DNA of 64,000 bases, from NCBI GenBank assembly GCA_013911165.1, contig JACETR010000002.1:71-64070 (forward strand), read 5' to 3'. Below the pieces are notes generated by a model that worked only from the letters and a program-made list of their open reading frames with translations, was not told the origin of the DNA and made no database searches. Shown here one piece after another: positions 28,857 through 40,889 of the stretch. A program made the position numbers and the translations under genes. Position 1 is the first letter of the stretch, and the number at the start of each line of letters is the position of its first letter. The DNA is from Planctomycetota bacterium. GTDB taxonomy: Bacteria > Planctomycetota > UBA8108 > UBA1146.

Positions 28857-30013
28857 TGGATCGACACCATGTGATCATCATTGGAGCCGGCATCGTTGGA
28901 GTTTCCTGTGCCCACCAACTTTCCCAACGGGGCAGTCGAGTCACCCTGATCGAAGCAGGTCCAGGGCCCGGTGTTCAGGGAGCGACCGCTGCGGGTATGG
29001 GTCATATCGTCGTCAACGACGGTGACCCGGACATACTGAAGTTGTGTTTGCGTGGCCGTGAAATGTGGCGGCAACTGTTGGACGAGAATGTGGGAGACCG
29101 GGGGTACTGGAACACAGGAACTCTTTGGCTCGCAGAAGATGAAGAACAGTTGCATAGCCTTGAAGGTGCCCGGGATCGGCTTCACTCCGCAGGGGTCGAC
29201 AGCCACACGGTTCAGGCGTCCGAGCTTTTCGATCTGGAGCCGGCTCTCAACAGGAACCTTGCCGGAGGATTGCGGATTCCCCATGACGGGGTGGTTTACG
29301 CTCCGAAAGTGACTGCCCGGCTTCTGTCACAGACAACGGAAGTGGAATCACGGTTCGGTACTCGCGTGACTCGTGTCGGAGATGGGTTGGTCACTCTGGA
29401 AGACGGCACGGAAATGAAGGCGGATGCCGTCGTCATCGCCAGTGGAATTTCCCTGTTGGATAATCTCGCTGGCGAGGAGGATTCCCCATGGAAACAAAGT
29501 CTGAAAATTCTGCCACGTGAAGGGCATCTGGCGATCACTGCCAGAGGTACCGGAATACTGCGTCATCATGTGGTGGAGGCCGGATACCAGAAAGGGGCAC
29601 ATGGGGTGGTCGAGGAGGCGGTCGCTTGCGCCATCCTTCCCAGACCGACGGACCAGTTGTGCCTGGGCTCTTCCCGCAGGCCGGGCAGGGCTGGAGCCGT
29701 TGATCCGGGCGTCCTGAAAAAGGTGATCGATCGTTGTGAAAGATTTGTTCCCGGAGTGCGCCGTCTGCCCATCCTGCGTACATGGACCGGAGCACGAGCT
29801 GCCACAATCGATGGCAAACCGTTGATCGGTCCTGTTCCCGGTTGGAACCGAACCTGGCTCGCGGGTGGCTTTGAGGGACTGGGAATCACCCAGGCTCCTG
29901 CCGCTGCAGAGTTGTTGGCCCAAAGAATTCACGCGGAGACCTGCACCCTCGATGCGGGTCCATGGGATCCGGGTCGGATGCCGGTGTTGTCGGCAGGAGG
30001 TCGAAGTGACTAA
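28856..30013 (+). CDS. FAD-dependent oxidoreductase (DAO family), candidate D-hydroxyproline dehydrogenase beta subunit
   Basis: MDRHHVIIIGAGIVGVSCAHQLSQRGSRVTLIEAG dinucleotide-binding start. About 385 aa DAO-type body. Followed by a 2Fe-2S/FAD partner as in heteromeric D-Hyp/opine/HCN oxidases. Confidence 0.7.
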   Translation: MDRHHVIIIGAGIVGVSCAHQLSQRGSRVTLIEAGPGPGVQGATAAGMGHIVVNDGDPDILKLCLRGREMWRQLLDENVGDRGYWNTGTLWLAEDEEQLHSLEGARDRLHSAGVDSHTVQASELFDLEPALNRNLAGGLRIPHDGVVYAPKVTARLLSQTTEVESRFGTRVTRVGDGLVTLEDGTEMKADAVVIASGISLLDNLAGEEDSPWKQSLKILPREGHLAITARGTGILRHHVVEAGYQKGAHGVVEEAVACAILPRPTDQLCLGSSRRPGRAGAVDPGVLKKVIDRCERFVPGVRRLPILRTWTGARAATIDGKPLIGPVPGWNRTWLAGGFEGLGITQAPAAAELLAQRIHAETCTLDAGPWDPGRMPVLSAGGRSD

Positions 30014-31559
30014 AGCGGTGCGCATCACTGTCGATGGGGCATCACTGCTCGCTCAAGAGGGGCAATCCCTGACCGCTGCCCTGATGATGGCGGGAGTCTC
30101 TGCGATTCGAAAATCTCCCACGGGGGAGTCCCGGGGTGCCCTGTGTGCCATGGGCTCATGTCATGAGTGTCGTGCCACCGTGGATGGAGTTCGGGGGGTG
30201 AGAACCTGTCTGGTTCCGGTGAAGGAAGGTCTTCGTGTTGAGCGGGAGATGAAACTCCCCCGACTTCCCCTTGAGCCATCTCCCGGAGGGGAGGGAGGCG
30301 ATGCTCCGCAGATCATCGAAACAGGGCTCGCTGTGATTGGGGCCGGACCTGCAGGATTGGCCGCCGCCTGTGTCGCCGCCGAGTTGGGAATGAAAGTTGT
30401 CATCATCGATGAATCGATGGGACCCGGAGGCCGAATCTGGAGTCACCGTCACGATCCCCCTCTGGCAGCCCGAAGTTGGCTTGAGCGTGCCCGCGAAGCC
30501 GGGGTTCTCAAACTTCAGGGCTATTCGGTCTTCAGTGGACAAGCAGGAGTACTGGACGTTGCAAGAGTAACGGACGGCAAAAGGGTTCGAATTCGGTGCC
30601 AGTCGATGGTGGTCGCAACAGGAGCACGGGAACGATTTCTTCCTTTCCCGGGATGGACCCTTCCCGGTGTGGTGGGTGCCGGTGCACTGCAATCCCTGAT
30701 CAAGGGTGGGCTCAAGATCAATGGTCGTCGGGTGTTGATTGCCGGAACAGGACCGCTCTTGTTGGCAGTCGCCCGATTGGCCAAAGAATCGGGAGCAGAA
30801 GTGATTCTGGCCGAGCAGTCCTCTCTGGTCGATCGCAGTAGTCTGGCGATCCCCCTGTTGCTTTCACCTTCACGCTGGAAGTCCGCTCGACAATTGTTGA
30901 AAGCCCTGGGGGGCATCGAGCGTTATTCGTCCAGTTGGGTCACAGAAGCCCGGGGAGGCCCGGCATTGAAAGAGGTCGTCCTCAGAACTCCAGCCGGCGA
31001 TCGGGTGCTGGAGGTGGATGGCCTGGCCATCGGATATGGACTGATTCCAGAGACGCGGATCGCTGCCGGTCTTGGTTGTGACGTTGAATCAACCGGAACA
31101 GTTCGGGTCGATTCCCTTCAGCAATCCTCCGTCCCGGGAATTTATTGTGCCGGAGAACCGACCGGAATTGCGGGCTGTGAAGCCGCCATCGATGAAGGAT
31201 TGGTGGCAGGTATCGCTGCTGCGGGGAAGACACCCAAAGCCAGTTTGCTCGCTCGGGTTCGGAGGCACCACTTTTGGGGACAGGCCCTCGAGGATGCGCA
31301 TCCGTTGCGTGAGGAATTGGGAAAACTGGCACGCGACAGTGAAATTCTTTGCCGTTGCGAAGACGTGACGGTGGGAGACGTTTCAGAGATCTCCTCGATT
31401 CGTGAAGCACGCCTGATCCACAGGGTGGGAATGGGGCCTTGTCAGGGCAGGGTTTGCGAGAGTGCTGCTCACTGTCAGTCCCTCTCGGGATCCGATACGA
31501 TCCGTCCTCCGTGGACGGTGGTTCCCGGCGAAAATCAGGATATGAGTTCTGCCCTGTGA
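30006..31559 (+). CDS. Fused 2Fe-2S ferredoxin-like (gamma) + FAD/NAD pyridine-nucleotide-disulfide oxidoreductase (alpha) + BFD-like [2Fe-2S] domain; candidate D-hydroxyproline dehydrogenase alpha/gamma fusion
   Basis: N-terminal 90 aa with C-x-GSCHEC-...-C cysteines (HcnA/OoxA-like). Then GLAVIGAGPAGLAAACVAAELGMKVVIIDE and a second Rossmann segment. C-terminal CRCEDVTVGDV...CQGRVC BFD-like motif. GTG 30006 overlaps the upstream TAA; the GTG at 30018 is an alternative start. Confidence 0.65.
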   Translation: MTKAVRITVDGASLLAQEGQSLTAALMMAGVSAIRKSPTGESRGALCAMGSCHECRATVDGVRGVRTCLVPVKEGLRVEREMKLPRLPLEPSPGGEGGDAPQIIETGLAVIGAGPAGLAAACVAAELGMKVVIIDESMGPGGRIWSHRHDPPLAARSWLERAREAGVLKLQGYSVFSGQAGVLDVARVTDGKRVRIRCQSMVVATGARERFLPFPGWTLPGVVGAGALQSLIKGGLKINGRRVLIAGTGPLLLAVARLAKESGAEVILAEQSSLVDRSSLAIPLLLSPSRWKSARQLLKALGGIERYSSSWVTEARGGPALKEVVLRTPAGDRVLEVDGLAIGYGLIPETRIAAGLGCDVESTGTVRVDSLQQSSVPGIYCAGEPTGIAGCEAAIDEGLVAGIAAAGKTPKASLLARVRRHHFWGQALEDAHPLREELGKLARDSEILCRCEDVTVGDVSEISSIREARLIHRVGMGPCQGRVCESAAHCQSLSGSDTIRPPWTVVPGENQDMSSAL

Positions 31560-31603
31560 GGCAGGCCTGAGTCCAACCGCCTGGAGAAGCCGTTCTGTCA
31601 TCA

Positions 31604-32512
31604 TTGGAGAGAGAGGAGGACGTCATCGATCGCAAAACACTGTTGCTGTTGGCATTTCTTGCTCTCGGTACGGCAATCCTCTCGGGGTATTCCGGTAGTT
31701 TCGGTCGGCAACCCTCCTATCCCCTTTCCGAAAATCACAGGCTCGCTTCTTTGGCCCCTTGCCTGACTTCGACGCTGATTGAGCTGGGCGGAGAAGATCG
31801 CCTCACACTGATCAGTGACTATTGTCCTCCGGTGAAGGATCTTCCCAGGGGGGGAACCGCTTTGTCACCGGATCTTGAACGGGTGATGCGTTCCGGAGCA
31901 GAGGTGATCCTCGCACGTGCTGCGGGAGGAGTGCCCGTCGATGCCATCCAGCGAGTGGGAACACCGGTGGTTTTGCCCTGGTCCAGTGTTCGGGAAATGT
32001 GTGACAGCGTTCTTCGCCTCGGTGAATTGAGCGGTTGTCGGCAGGCTGCCAGAGAATTGGCCCAAGACCTCAAAACAGGATTGGCCCCCCGGAACGATGG
32101 TACTGGTCCCCGAGTCCTTTTGGTCATCGGTGGGCCCCTTGATCGCAGTGGAGGCCCCTGGGTGATCCGCGAGGATTCCCTTCATGGACAGACTCTCAAA
32201 GCTGCCGGATATCGACATGCATTTCAGGAACCCTTGCTGGGTGCGCCTCAGCTCTCCGTGGAATCACTCGTTGATCTGGATCCGGATGTCATCGTGCATC
32301 TGATTCCGGAAGAGGATGATGGTAGCGGACGCCAAAAGGTACACGACTCCTACTCCGGCATTCCGGGTTTGCGCGCTTGGGTCGACGGCAGAATCGGTGC
32401 CATCCATGATCCTCAGATTCTCGATGAGGGTCCGGGATTGTTGGTTCTCGTCGATCAACTGCGCAAAGAGATCGGTGATCTCAGCCAGCAGTCCGGGGAG
32501 GCGAATCGTTGA
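31604..32512 (+). CDS. Periplasmic substrate-binding protein, class III (BtuF/FecB-like; siderophore/cobalamin/heme type)
   Basis: Signal/anchor LLLLAFLALGTAILSG. LASLAPCLTSTLIELGGEDRLTLISDYC...LSPDLERVMRSGAEVILA matches the Peripla_BP_2 N-lobe pattern. Confidence 0.65.
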   Translation: MEREEDVIDRKTLLLLAFLALGTAILSGYSGSFGRQPSYPLSENHRLASLAPCLTSTLIELGGEDRLTLISDYCPPVKDLPRGGTALSPDLERVMRSGAEVILARAAGGVPVDAIQRVGTPVVLPWSSVREMCDSVLRLGELSGCRQAARELAQDLKTGLAPRNDGTGPRVLLVIGGPLDRSGGPWVIREDSLHGQTLKAAGYRHAFQEPLLGAPQLSVESLVDLDPDVIVHLIPEEDDGSGRQKVHDSYSGIPGLRAWVDGRIGAIHDPQILDEGPGLLVLVDQLRKEIGDLSQQSGEANR

Positions 32513-34260
32513 ACCCCTCTGACAAGAACCCCAGTGACAAGATCGACGAACCCTGGCTCCATATCGAGAAGCTGACCGTCAAGCGCGGCGGCAAGGAGAT
32601 TCTGAAAGGCATCGACCTGCAGGTTTCCGCCGGCGAACTGATCGCCATCGTTGGTGCCAACGGCTCTGGCAAGTCGACCCTTTTGGCAACACTTCTGGGA
32701 CAGGTCGAGGCGACTGCAGGCACAGTCAGCGTCGACCATCAGTCCATCACCCGACTTTCCCACCAGCAATTGGCACAGTCTTTCGCGTGGTTGCCTCAGG
32801 AAAGCCCGACACCGGAACCGTTGATGGTGGAAGAGGTGGTTGCCGCCGCACGCTACCACATGGATGAGCCACGGCCGGATGCCCTGAAGGAGGCCCGCGC
32901 TGCACTGGAAGAGTGTGGTGCAGGGGATCTGTCGACTCGCTGGTGGAATGAACTCTCCGGCGGTGAAAGACAGCGGGTGGAGCTCGCAACCCTGAAGGCA
33001 CAGGGAGCCAGGGCATGGCTGCTCGATGAACCCGCCAACCATCTGGATCCGGTGTGGAGACTGAGGTTACTGGAAGAGTTGCAGCGACGGGTGCTGGAAG
33101 GAACCACCGTGGTGGTAGTGCTTCACGACATCTCCCTGCTGGAAGAGTTGAATGAAGTCGAGCCCAGAGTGGTCGCCCTTGCGGAGGGCCAAGTCATTTA
33201 CGACGGCAAGGACCCGCAAGAACTGGGAGAAGATTGGCGATCCCGTGTCTGGAGTGAAGGTCGCAGTGGCGGACCGACTGTGGATTCGGAATCGATTGGA
33301 CGCAGACCATGGGGAGCAACCCATCTCCTCGTTTGGGGAGTTTTGACTTTGCTGATCGGGATGGCATCTGCATGGATCGGCCCGAAGATCTCCGGAGAAT
33401 TGGGACAGGCGATCCTTCATGAACTGCGTATTCCGAGGGCTTTGGCTGGAATGATCATGGGAGCCGTTCTCGCTGGTGCCGGGGCGGTCTTGCAAATTCT
33501 CCTGCAGAACCCATTGGCGACTCCGGGAACAGTCGGCACCACGGCAGGTGCATCTTTGGGAGTAATTCTTGCCCTGTTGTTTGGAGTGGAAAGTGCACTC
33601 TTTGGAATTCCACTTCTGCCACTGGCGGCCTTCGCAGGAGCACTGACTGTTACTTCCATTATCGTCTTGGTTGCCTCGCGTCATCGAACGCGGACAGAAG
33701 ACGTCTTGTTGGCAGGCATCGCCCTGACTTTGATGACCGGTGCCATCTCATCGGCATTGAGGCTCGGCTTTGATCAGGTGATGGCACTGGAAGCATTGCG
33801 CTGGTCTCTTGGAAGTCTGACCCTGATCGGTTTTGAGCGATTGTGGTTGGCACTGCCGTTCCTTCTGGTCTCTATGCTGGGAATGTTGATGTTGTTGCGA
33901 CCGCTGGATGTTCTGGTTACCGGCATCGATCGGGCGGGGACAAGGGGGGTGAATGTTCCCCGTATTCGGACTTGGGGTGTGGGATTGGCTTCGCTGGGTG
34001 TGGCTGCGGGGGTTGCCATGGCTGGCCCCATCGCCTTTGTCGGTCTCGTGTGTCCCCACATCATGAGACTGTGGGGCGGTGGACAACCCCGTTTTCTCGT
34101 TCCTGCGTCGATGTGTCTGGGCCTGGCATTCCTTCCCCTTTGCGACAGTCTGGGCCGGGTTCTTCTTGAGCAGAGAGAAGTTCCGGTGGGAGTCATCACG
34201 GCTGCCATCGGTGCGCCCCTGTTGTTTCTGCTGGTGATTCGCCGATCTCGCCAACGTTGA
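32509..34260 (+). CDS. Fused ABC ATPase (N-terminal) + FecCD/BtuC-type permease (C-terminal), type II importer half-transporter
   Basis: Walker A GANGSGKST, signature LSGGERQRV, Walker B LLDEP in the first 250 aa. Residues about 270-583 are a 9-10 helix FecCD-family membrane domain (RIPRALAGMIMGAVLAGAGAVLQILLQNPLATPGTVG...). ATGA overlap with the SBP gene. Confidence 0.75.
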   Translation: MNPSDKNPSDKIDEPWLHIEKLTVKRGGKEILKGIDLQVSAGELIAIVGANGSGKSTLLATLLGQVEATAGTVSVDHQSITRLSHQQLAQSFAWLPQESPTPEPLMVEEVVAAARYHMDEPRPDALKEARAALEECGAGDLSTRWWNELSGGERQRVELATLKAQGARAWLLDEPANHLDPVWRLRLLEELQRRVLEGTTVVVVLHDISLLEELNEVEPRVVALAEGQVIYDGKDPQELGEDWRSRVWSEGRSGGPTVDSESIGRRPWGATHLLVWGVLTLLIGMASAWIGPKISGELGQAILHELRIPRALAGMIMGAVLAGAGAVLQILLQNPLATPGTVGTTAGASLGVILALLFGVESALFGIPLLPLAAFAGALTVTSIIVLVASRHRTRTEDVLLAGIALTLMTGAISSALRLGFDQVMALEALRWSLGSLTLIGFERLWLALPFLLVSMLGMLMLLRPLDVLVTGIDRAGTRGVNVPRIRTWGVGLASLGVAAGVAMAGPIAFVGLVCPHIMRLWGGGQPRFLVPASMCLGLAFLPLCDSLGRVLLEQREVPVGVITAAIGAPLLFLLVIRRSRQR

Positions 34261-34346
34261 TCCTCCTGATCGGGGGGATGGGTTTCGGTTGCACGCATCT
34301 CCGATCATGATGTCTCTGACATGATAATTTCCGGGAAAGGAACCCC

Positions 34347-35282
34347 ATGGAATCCGATCTGAATTGGGCTGGAGTCATGCCCGCCATCACCACTCCTTTT
34401 GATGATGCGGGAGAAGTGGACTACGCCTTCCTTTCCGAACACGCGGTGTGGCTCGTTGATCACGGGGCGACAGGCATCATTCCCTGTGGATCTCTGGGTG
34501 AGGGGGCCACTCTCTCGCTCGAGGAAAAACAGCGTGTGATCGATACCTGTGTACGAGCAGTCGGTCACAGGGTTCCAGTGATCCCGGGGATCGCTGCAGC
34601 TTCGACCCGTGAAGCCGGAAGGCTCGCCGCCGCCGCTTCAGTGATGGGGGCCAGAGGATTGATGGTATTGCCGCCCTACATTCACAAAGGTCCCTTCCAC
34701 GAGATGGAAGCACACGTCGAGGCGGTGATGGCGGCGACCGATTTACCGTGCATGCTCTACAACAATCCGGTTGCGTATGGCGTCGACTTTCCGCCTGGGT
34801 GGATTGCCGATCTCGCGGAGCGTCAGGAGAAGTTGAAGGCGGTCAAGGATTCGAGTGGTGATGCTCGGAGGATTACCGCTGTTCGTTCTCTGGTGGGTGA
34901 TCGGCTGGCGCTTTTCGCAGGGCTCGATGACATGGTGGTCGAAGCGGTTCGACAGGGAGCTGTCGGCTGGGTTGCCGGACTCGTCAATGCTTTGCCCGGC
35001 GAATCGGTTCTGCTCTTCGACAAGGCTGTCGCAGGGCTGGAAGATCGCCCGAGTGCGCTGGAAGCAGATGATATCTATCGCTGGTTCCTGCCGATGTTGA
35101 GATTGGATTGTGTGCCGGAGTTTGTCCAGTTGATCAAGTTGGTTCAGCAGGAGGTCCAGCGCGGTTCGGAAAATGTCCGGGCACCGAGAATCCCGGTCGT
35201 GGGAGCTTTGCGCGAGGGAGCGATTGCGGTGATTCGCGAGGCATTGGAGAAGAGACCGTCAGTGCTCGAGGGAGAAAAGTGA
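34347..35282 (+). CDS. DapA/DHDPS-family lyase, candidate 1-pyrroline-4-hydroxy-2-carboxylate deaminase
   Basis: GVMPAITTPFDDAGEVDYAFLSEHAVWLVDHGATGIIPCGSLGEGATLSLEEKQRVID is the DHDPS/NAL-family N-terminus. 311 aa. Immediately precedes a KGSADH-type ALDH. Confidence 0.7.
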   Translation: MESDLNWAGVMPAITTPFDDAGEVDYAFLSEHAVWLVDHGATGIIPCGSLGEGATLSLEEKQRVIDTCVRAVGHRVPVIPGIAAASTREAGRLAAAASVMGARGLMVLPPYIHKGPFHEMEAHVEAVMAATDLPCMLYNNPVAYGVDFPPGWIADLAERQEKLKAVKDSSGDARRITAVRSLVGDRLALFAGLDDMVVEAVRQGAVGWVAGLVNALPGESVLLFDKAVAGLEDRPSALEADDIYRWFLPMLRLDCVPEFVQLIKLVQQEVQRGSENVRAPRIPVVGALREGAIAVIREALEKRPSVLEGEK

Positions 35283-36865
35283 TGCTGAATGGTGTCCATT
35301 GGATCGCAGGCGAGAGTGTTTCCGGAGATCGCCTTTTTCATGCCAATAACCCGGTCACCGGCGAGCGTCTGGAGCCGGGGTTTCCTGAGGCGACGACGGG
35401 TCAGATCGATGCCGCTGTGGCGGCTGCCGTTGCAGTTCATGAAAGCCGCGTGCTGTTTCCTGCAGAAGCACGGGTCCGACTGCTGAAAGCAATAGCGAGA
35501 AATCTCGAAGAAGCCTTGCCACGCATTCTGGAGCGGGGAGTTCTCGAGACCGGATTGCCGGCGGGTCGATTCGAAGCAGAGATGGGAAGAACCTGTTCCC
35601 AGTTGTTGCAATTTGCAGAGACGGTTTCCACGGGACTCTTCCGTGAACCGGTGATGCAAAGTGCGGATCTGCAGAGGGAGCCTTTGCCGCAACCTGATTT
35701 GCGTCGACGGATGATTCCTTTGGGACCTGTGGCCGTTTTCGGAGCGAGTAACTTTCCCCTCGCATTCGGAGTTGCAGGAGGCGATACGGCGAGTGCCTTT
35801 GCTGCGGGCTGCCCCGTGATCGTCAAGGGTCATCCCGCTCACCCGGGAGTCTGTGAACTGGTGGGGGAAGCGATCACCTCCGCTGTGGAGGAAGCCGGCT
35901 TGCCGTCGGGAACCTTCAGTCTGATCCACGGAGAGTCTTTTGATGTGGGAGTGGGTTTGACAGCACACGCTGGAATCTCCGCAGTCGGTTTCACCGGATC
36001 ACAAGCGGGAGGATTGTCACTGTGGCGCATCGCTGCCCAAAGAGAAGTTCCAATTCCGGTGTTCGCAGAGATGGGCAGTGCCAACCCCGTCTTTGTTTTG
36101 CCTGAAGCGATCAATGAGAGAGGTGAGGAGATTGCCGCTGGTCTTGCGGCGAGTGTCCTGCTCGGAGTGGGTCAGTTCTGTACCTGTCCGGGGATTCTGA
36201 TTCTGGTTCGCGATGAGAACAGCGAGGCGTTCAAGGCATCCCTCTCGAGAGAACTGTTTCAGGGACCTGCGGGAACGATGCTTCACCAGGGGATTCACGC
36301 CGGTTACCAAAAGGGATTACAGGAAGTCGCCGAAAGAAATGGTGTGGAGCTGGTAGGCAAGGGACCCACCAGTTCCGGAAGCTGTGATGCGGAAGCGGGA
36401 TTGTTGGCCGCCGATGCACGTCGTTTCATCGACGATCCTGTATTGCAGGCGGAAATCTTCGGTCCGAGTACTCTGTTGGTAGAGTGTGACGATCTCGAAC
36501 AGTTGCTTCAGGTGGCTTCTGTCCTCGAAGGACAATTGACCGCCACCATCCACGCCACAGAAAATGAGTTGGCGGATCATCCCCAATTGCTCGCCCGCCT
36601 GGAGGACAGGGTCGGCCGCCTGATCTTCAACGGATTTCCCACGGGCGTGGAAGTGGGTGAGTCGATGCACCACGGTGGGCCGTGGCCTGCGACGACAGAC
36701 TCCCGCTGGACTTCGGTGGGAATGTCAGCCCTCGAGAGATTTCAGCGACCGGTTTGCTGGCAGGGATTTCCCGAATCCCTTCTTCCGGGAGATCTCTCTG
36801 CTGATTCCGGATCCGGCACTCCATTCCGGTTGGATGGGGAATGGCACGGGAGACCCTCGAGTTGA
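35282..36865 (+). CDS. Aldehyde dehydrogenase, candidate alpha-ketoglutarate-semialdehyde dehydrogenase (about 527 aa type)
   Basis: MLNGVHWIAGE start overlapping the upstream TGA. AVFGASNFPLAFGVAGGDTASAFAAGCPVIVKGHPAHPG and GQFCTCPG catalytic-Cys region. The longer ORF-track version (35108) overlaps the DapA-like gene. Confidence 0.7.
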   Translation: MLNGVHWIAGESVSGDRLFHANNPVTGERLEPGFPEATTGQIDAAVAAAVAVHESRVLFPAEARVRLLKAIARNLEEALPRILERGVLETGLPAGRFEAEMGRTCSQLLQFAETVSTGLFREPVMQSADLQREPLPQPDLRRRMIPLGPVAVFGASNFPLAFGVAGGDTASAFAAGCPVIVKGHPAHPGVCELVGEAITSAVEEAGLPSGTFSLIHGESFDVGVGLTAHAGISAVGFTGSQAGGLSLWRIAAQREVPIPVFAEMGSANPVFVLPEAINERGEEIAAGLAASVLLGVGQFCTCPGILILVRDENSEAFKASLSRELFQGPAGTMLHQGIHAGYQKGLQEVAERNGVELVGKGPTSSGSCDAEAGLLAADARRFIDDPVLQAEIFGPSTLLVECDDLEQLLQVASVLEGQLTATIHATENELADHPQLLARLEDRVGRLIFNGFPTGVEVGESMHHGGPWPATTDSRWTSVGMSALERFQRPVCWQGFPESLLPGDLSADSGSGTPFRLDGEWHGRPSS

Positions 36866-37785
36866 ATCGATTCGTCGGCACATGGTCCTTGCTCATCATC
36901 GGGATCATCGGGATCTCGACCTCGACACTGTGGATCCGGCTTGGGACTGCCCGGGGGGATCTGGATGAAGTTCAGCTGGCGTTTCTCAGACTTGCTCTCG
37001 CCATCCCGATCCTGTGGCTGTTGGGGAAGAGAGAGAAACCGGTCCCACTGAAGTGCAGTGGCTCTTCGATTTTGATCGCTGGTGCATGCCTGGCACTGCA
37101 CTTTGGCGCATGGATGGCCTCCCTCGCTTATCTGTCGGTGGCCACTTCAGTGGTGCTCGTTTATCTCCATCCGGTCATCATCTATGCCATCGAAGTCATG
37201 CGGGGACGAACGACTCTGAAGGTGTCCTGCATCGGTGGAGTATTGCTGACCCTTTCCGGCACGACAATTCTTGCAATGTTTGCGGAGGACTCTGGTCAGT
37301 CGGCACAAAGCGATCACCGGGTCTGGGGAATGGGACTTTCCGTCATCGGTTCCCTGGCTTTCGTCGGATATCTCCTGGCAGGGCGAAGTGCCACGCAACA
37401 GATGCCAACAGTCACTTATGCGACAAGAGCGTACGCCGTGGCAGCATTCTGTCTCTTGATATGGCTGTTCTCGATGGGTTCAAAGGTGGTACCCGAAACA
37501 GGATTGGGTTGGGGATATGCCGCTCTGCTGGCACTGTTTCCCACTCTTCTGGGGCACACTCCGCTGAATGCTGCACTCAAGCGTTTGCCGCCTACAGTGG
37601 TGTCGACCACTTATCTGGGGGAGATGGCCGGTGCACCGCTTCTGGTGTGGTTGGTGATCCAGGAGGCACCGCCGACATCATTCTGGATAGGTGGACCACT
37701 GGTAGTGGCAGGGATCATGATCGTCGCGAGAAACAGTGAAAAGTTGGTGGAAGAATCGGAAAAACCGGATTCCGGTTCTCAGTAG
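36841..37785 (+). CDS. EamA/DMT-family transporter (10 TM)
   Basis: Two EamA-type repeats of five helices. Hydrophobic throughout. 25-nt overlap with the upstream gene. Confidence 0.7.
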   Translation: MARETLELNRFVGTWSLLIIGIIGISTSTLWIRLGTARGDLDEVQLAFLRLALAIPILWLLGKREKPVPLKCSGSSILIAGACLALHFGAWMASLAYLSVATSVVLVYLHPVIIYAIEVMRGRTTLKVSCIGGVLLTLSGTTILAMFAEDSGQSAQSDHRVWGMGLSVIGSLAFVGYLLAGRSATQQMPTVTYATRAYAVAAFCLLIWLFSMGSKVVPETGLGWGYAALLALFPTLLGHTPLNAALKRLPPTVVSTTYLGEMAGAPLLVWLVIQEAPPTSFWIGGPLVVAGIMIVARNSEKLVEESEKPDSGSQ

Positions 37786-38090
37786 TTTCTTTTCGAGGAA
37801 AGCACGCCGAGAAGAAGAAGGATGGCGATTCCAACTCCGAGGGCTTTCTGCGTCGGCATGAACCATAAAATCAGACCCACGGGCAACCCGGCGATGAGGA
37901 CTGAAGCGATCAGCTTTTGCTTCCCCTTTTTGAGGTCCTTTTCTTCTTCCGAATAATCTTCTCCCAGATCGACGGACTGGTAGTCCAGTTCGGCGGGATC
38001 TCCCCAGCCGGTTTCGATGTCGCTGCCGCACTCACGACAGGCCAATCGGCCTTCGGAGACTTCTGCACCGCAGTGTGGGCAATCCAACAT
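37779..38090 (-). CDS. Zinc-ribbon protein with acidic linker and C-terminal transmembrane helix
   Basis: MLDCPHCGAEVSEGRLACRECGS (CxxC-x11-CxxC), acidic stretch, then LIASVLIAGLPVGLILWF TM. Start placed at the internal M; the ORF track extends to 38207. Confidence 0.5.
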   Translation of the reverse strand: MLDCPHCGAEVSEGRLACRECGSDIETGWGDPAELDYQSVDLGEDYSEEEKDLKKGKQKLIASVLIAGLPVGLILWFMPTQKALGVGIAILLLLGVLSSKRNY

Positions 38091-38178
38091 CGTCGATCCC
38101 TTCAAAAAAAATCCGTGGCCACCTTTTCCGGTGGCCACGGATGATGCGAATACAATCACTCGATCGCAAACGGATTCT

Positions 38179-40629
<2,451 letters not shown>

Positions 40630-40889
40630 GAGCGGGACTCCCTCCCTGGGTTACAAAAGCAGGCACAGCGCCTGTAAAGGAGAATAGGATGGTCAGGCCG
40701 AAGACGACAAATCCGCACGGATCTGTTCACGCCAAAGAGTCCGCAATGCCCCAATAAATGCCTTCAGTGGCCATTTTGTGTATATTGGCCCTTTGCGATT
40801 CCCGGTTGAATCTGCATTCAGGACCCCGAAAGCTCTCATGAAACTCCTCATGACAGTCTTCATGGCAGGGCAGGGCCCGAGACGGAGAA

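Noticed and set aside
35144-35968. 274-aa minus-strand ORF
   Set aside because: Antisense to the KGSADH-type ALDH, which has clear catalytic motifs. Similar antisense ORFs at 47234-48088 and 49596-50429 inside atpA/atpD were rejected for the same reason.
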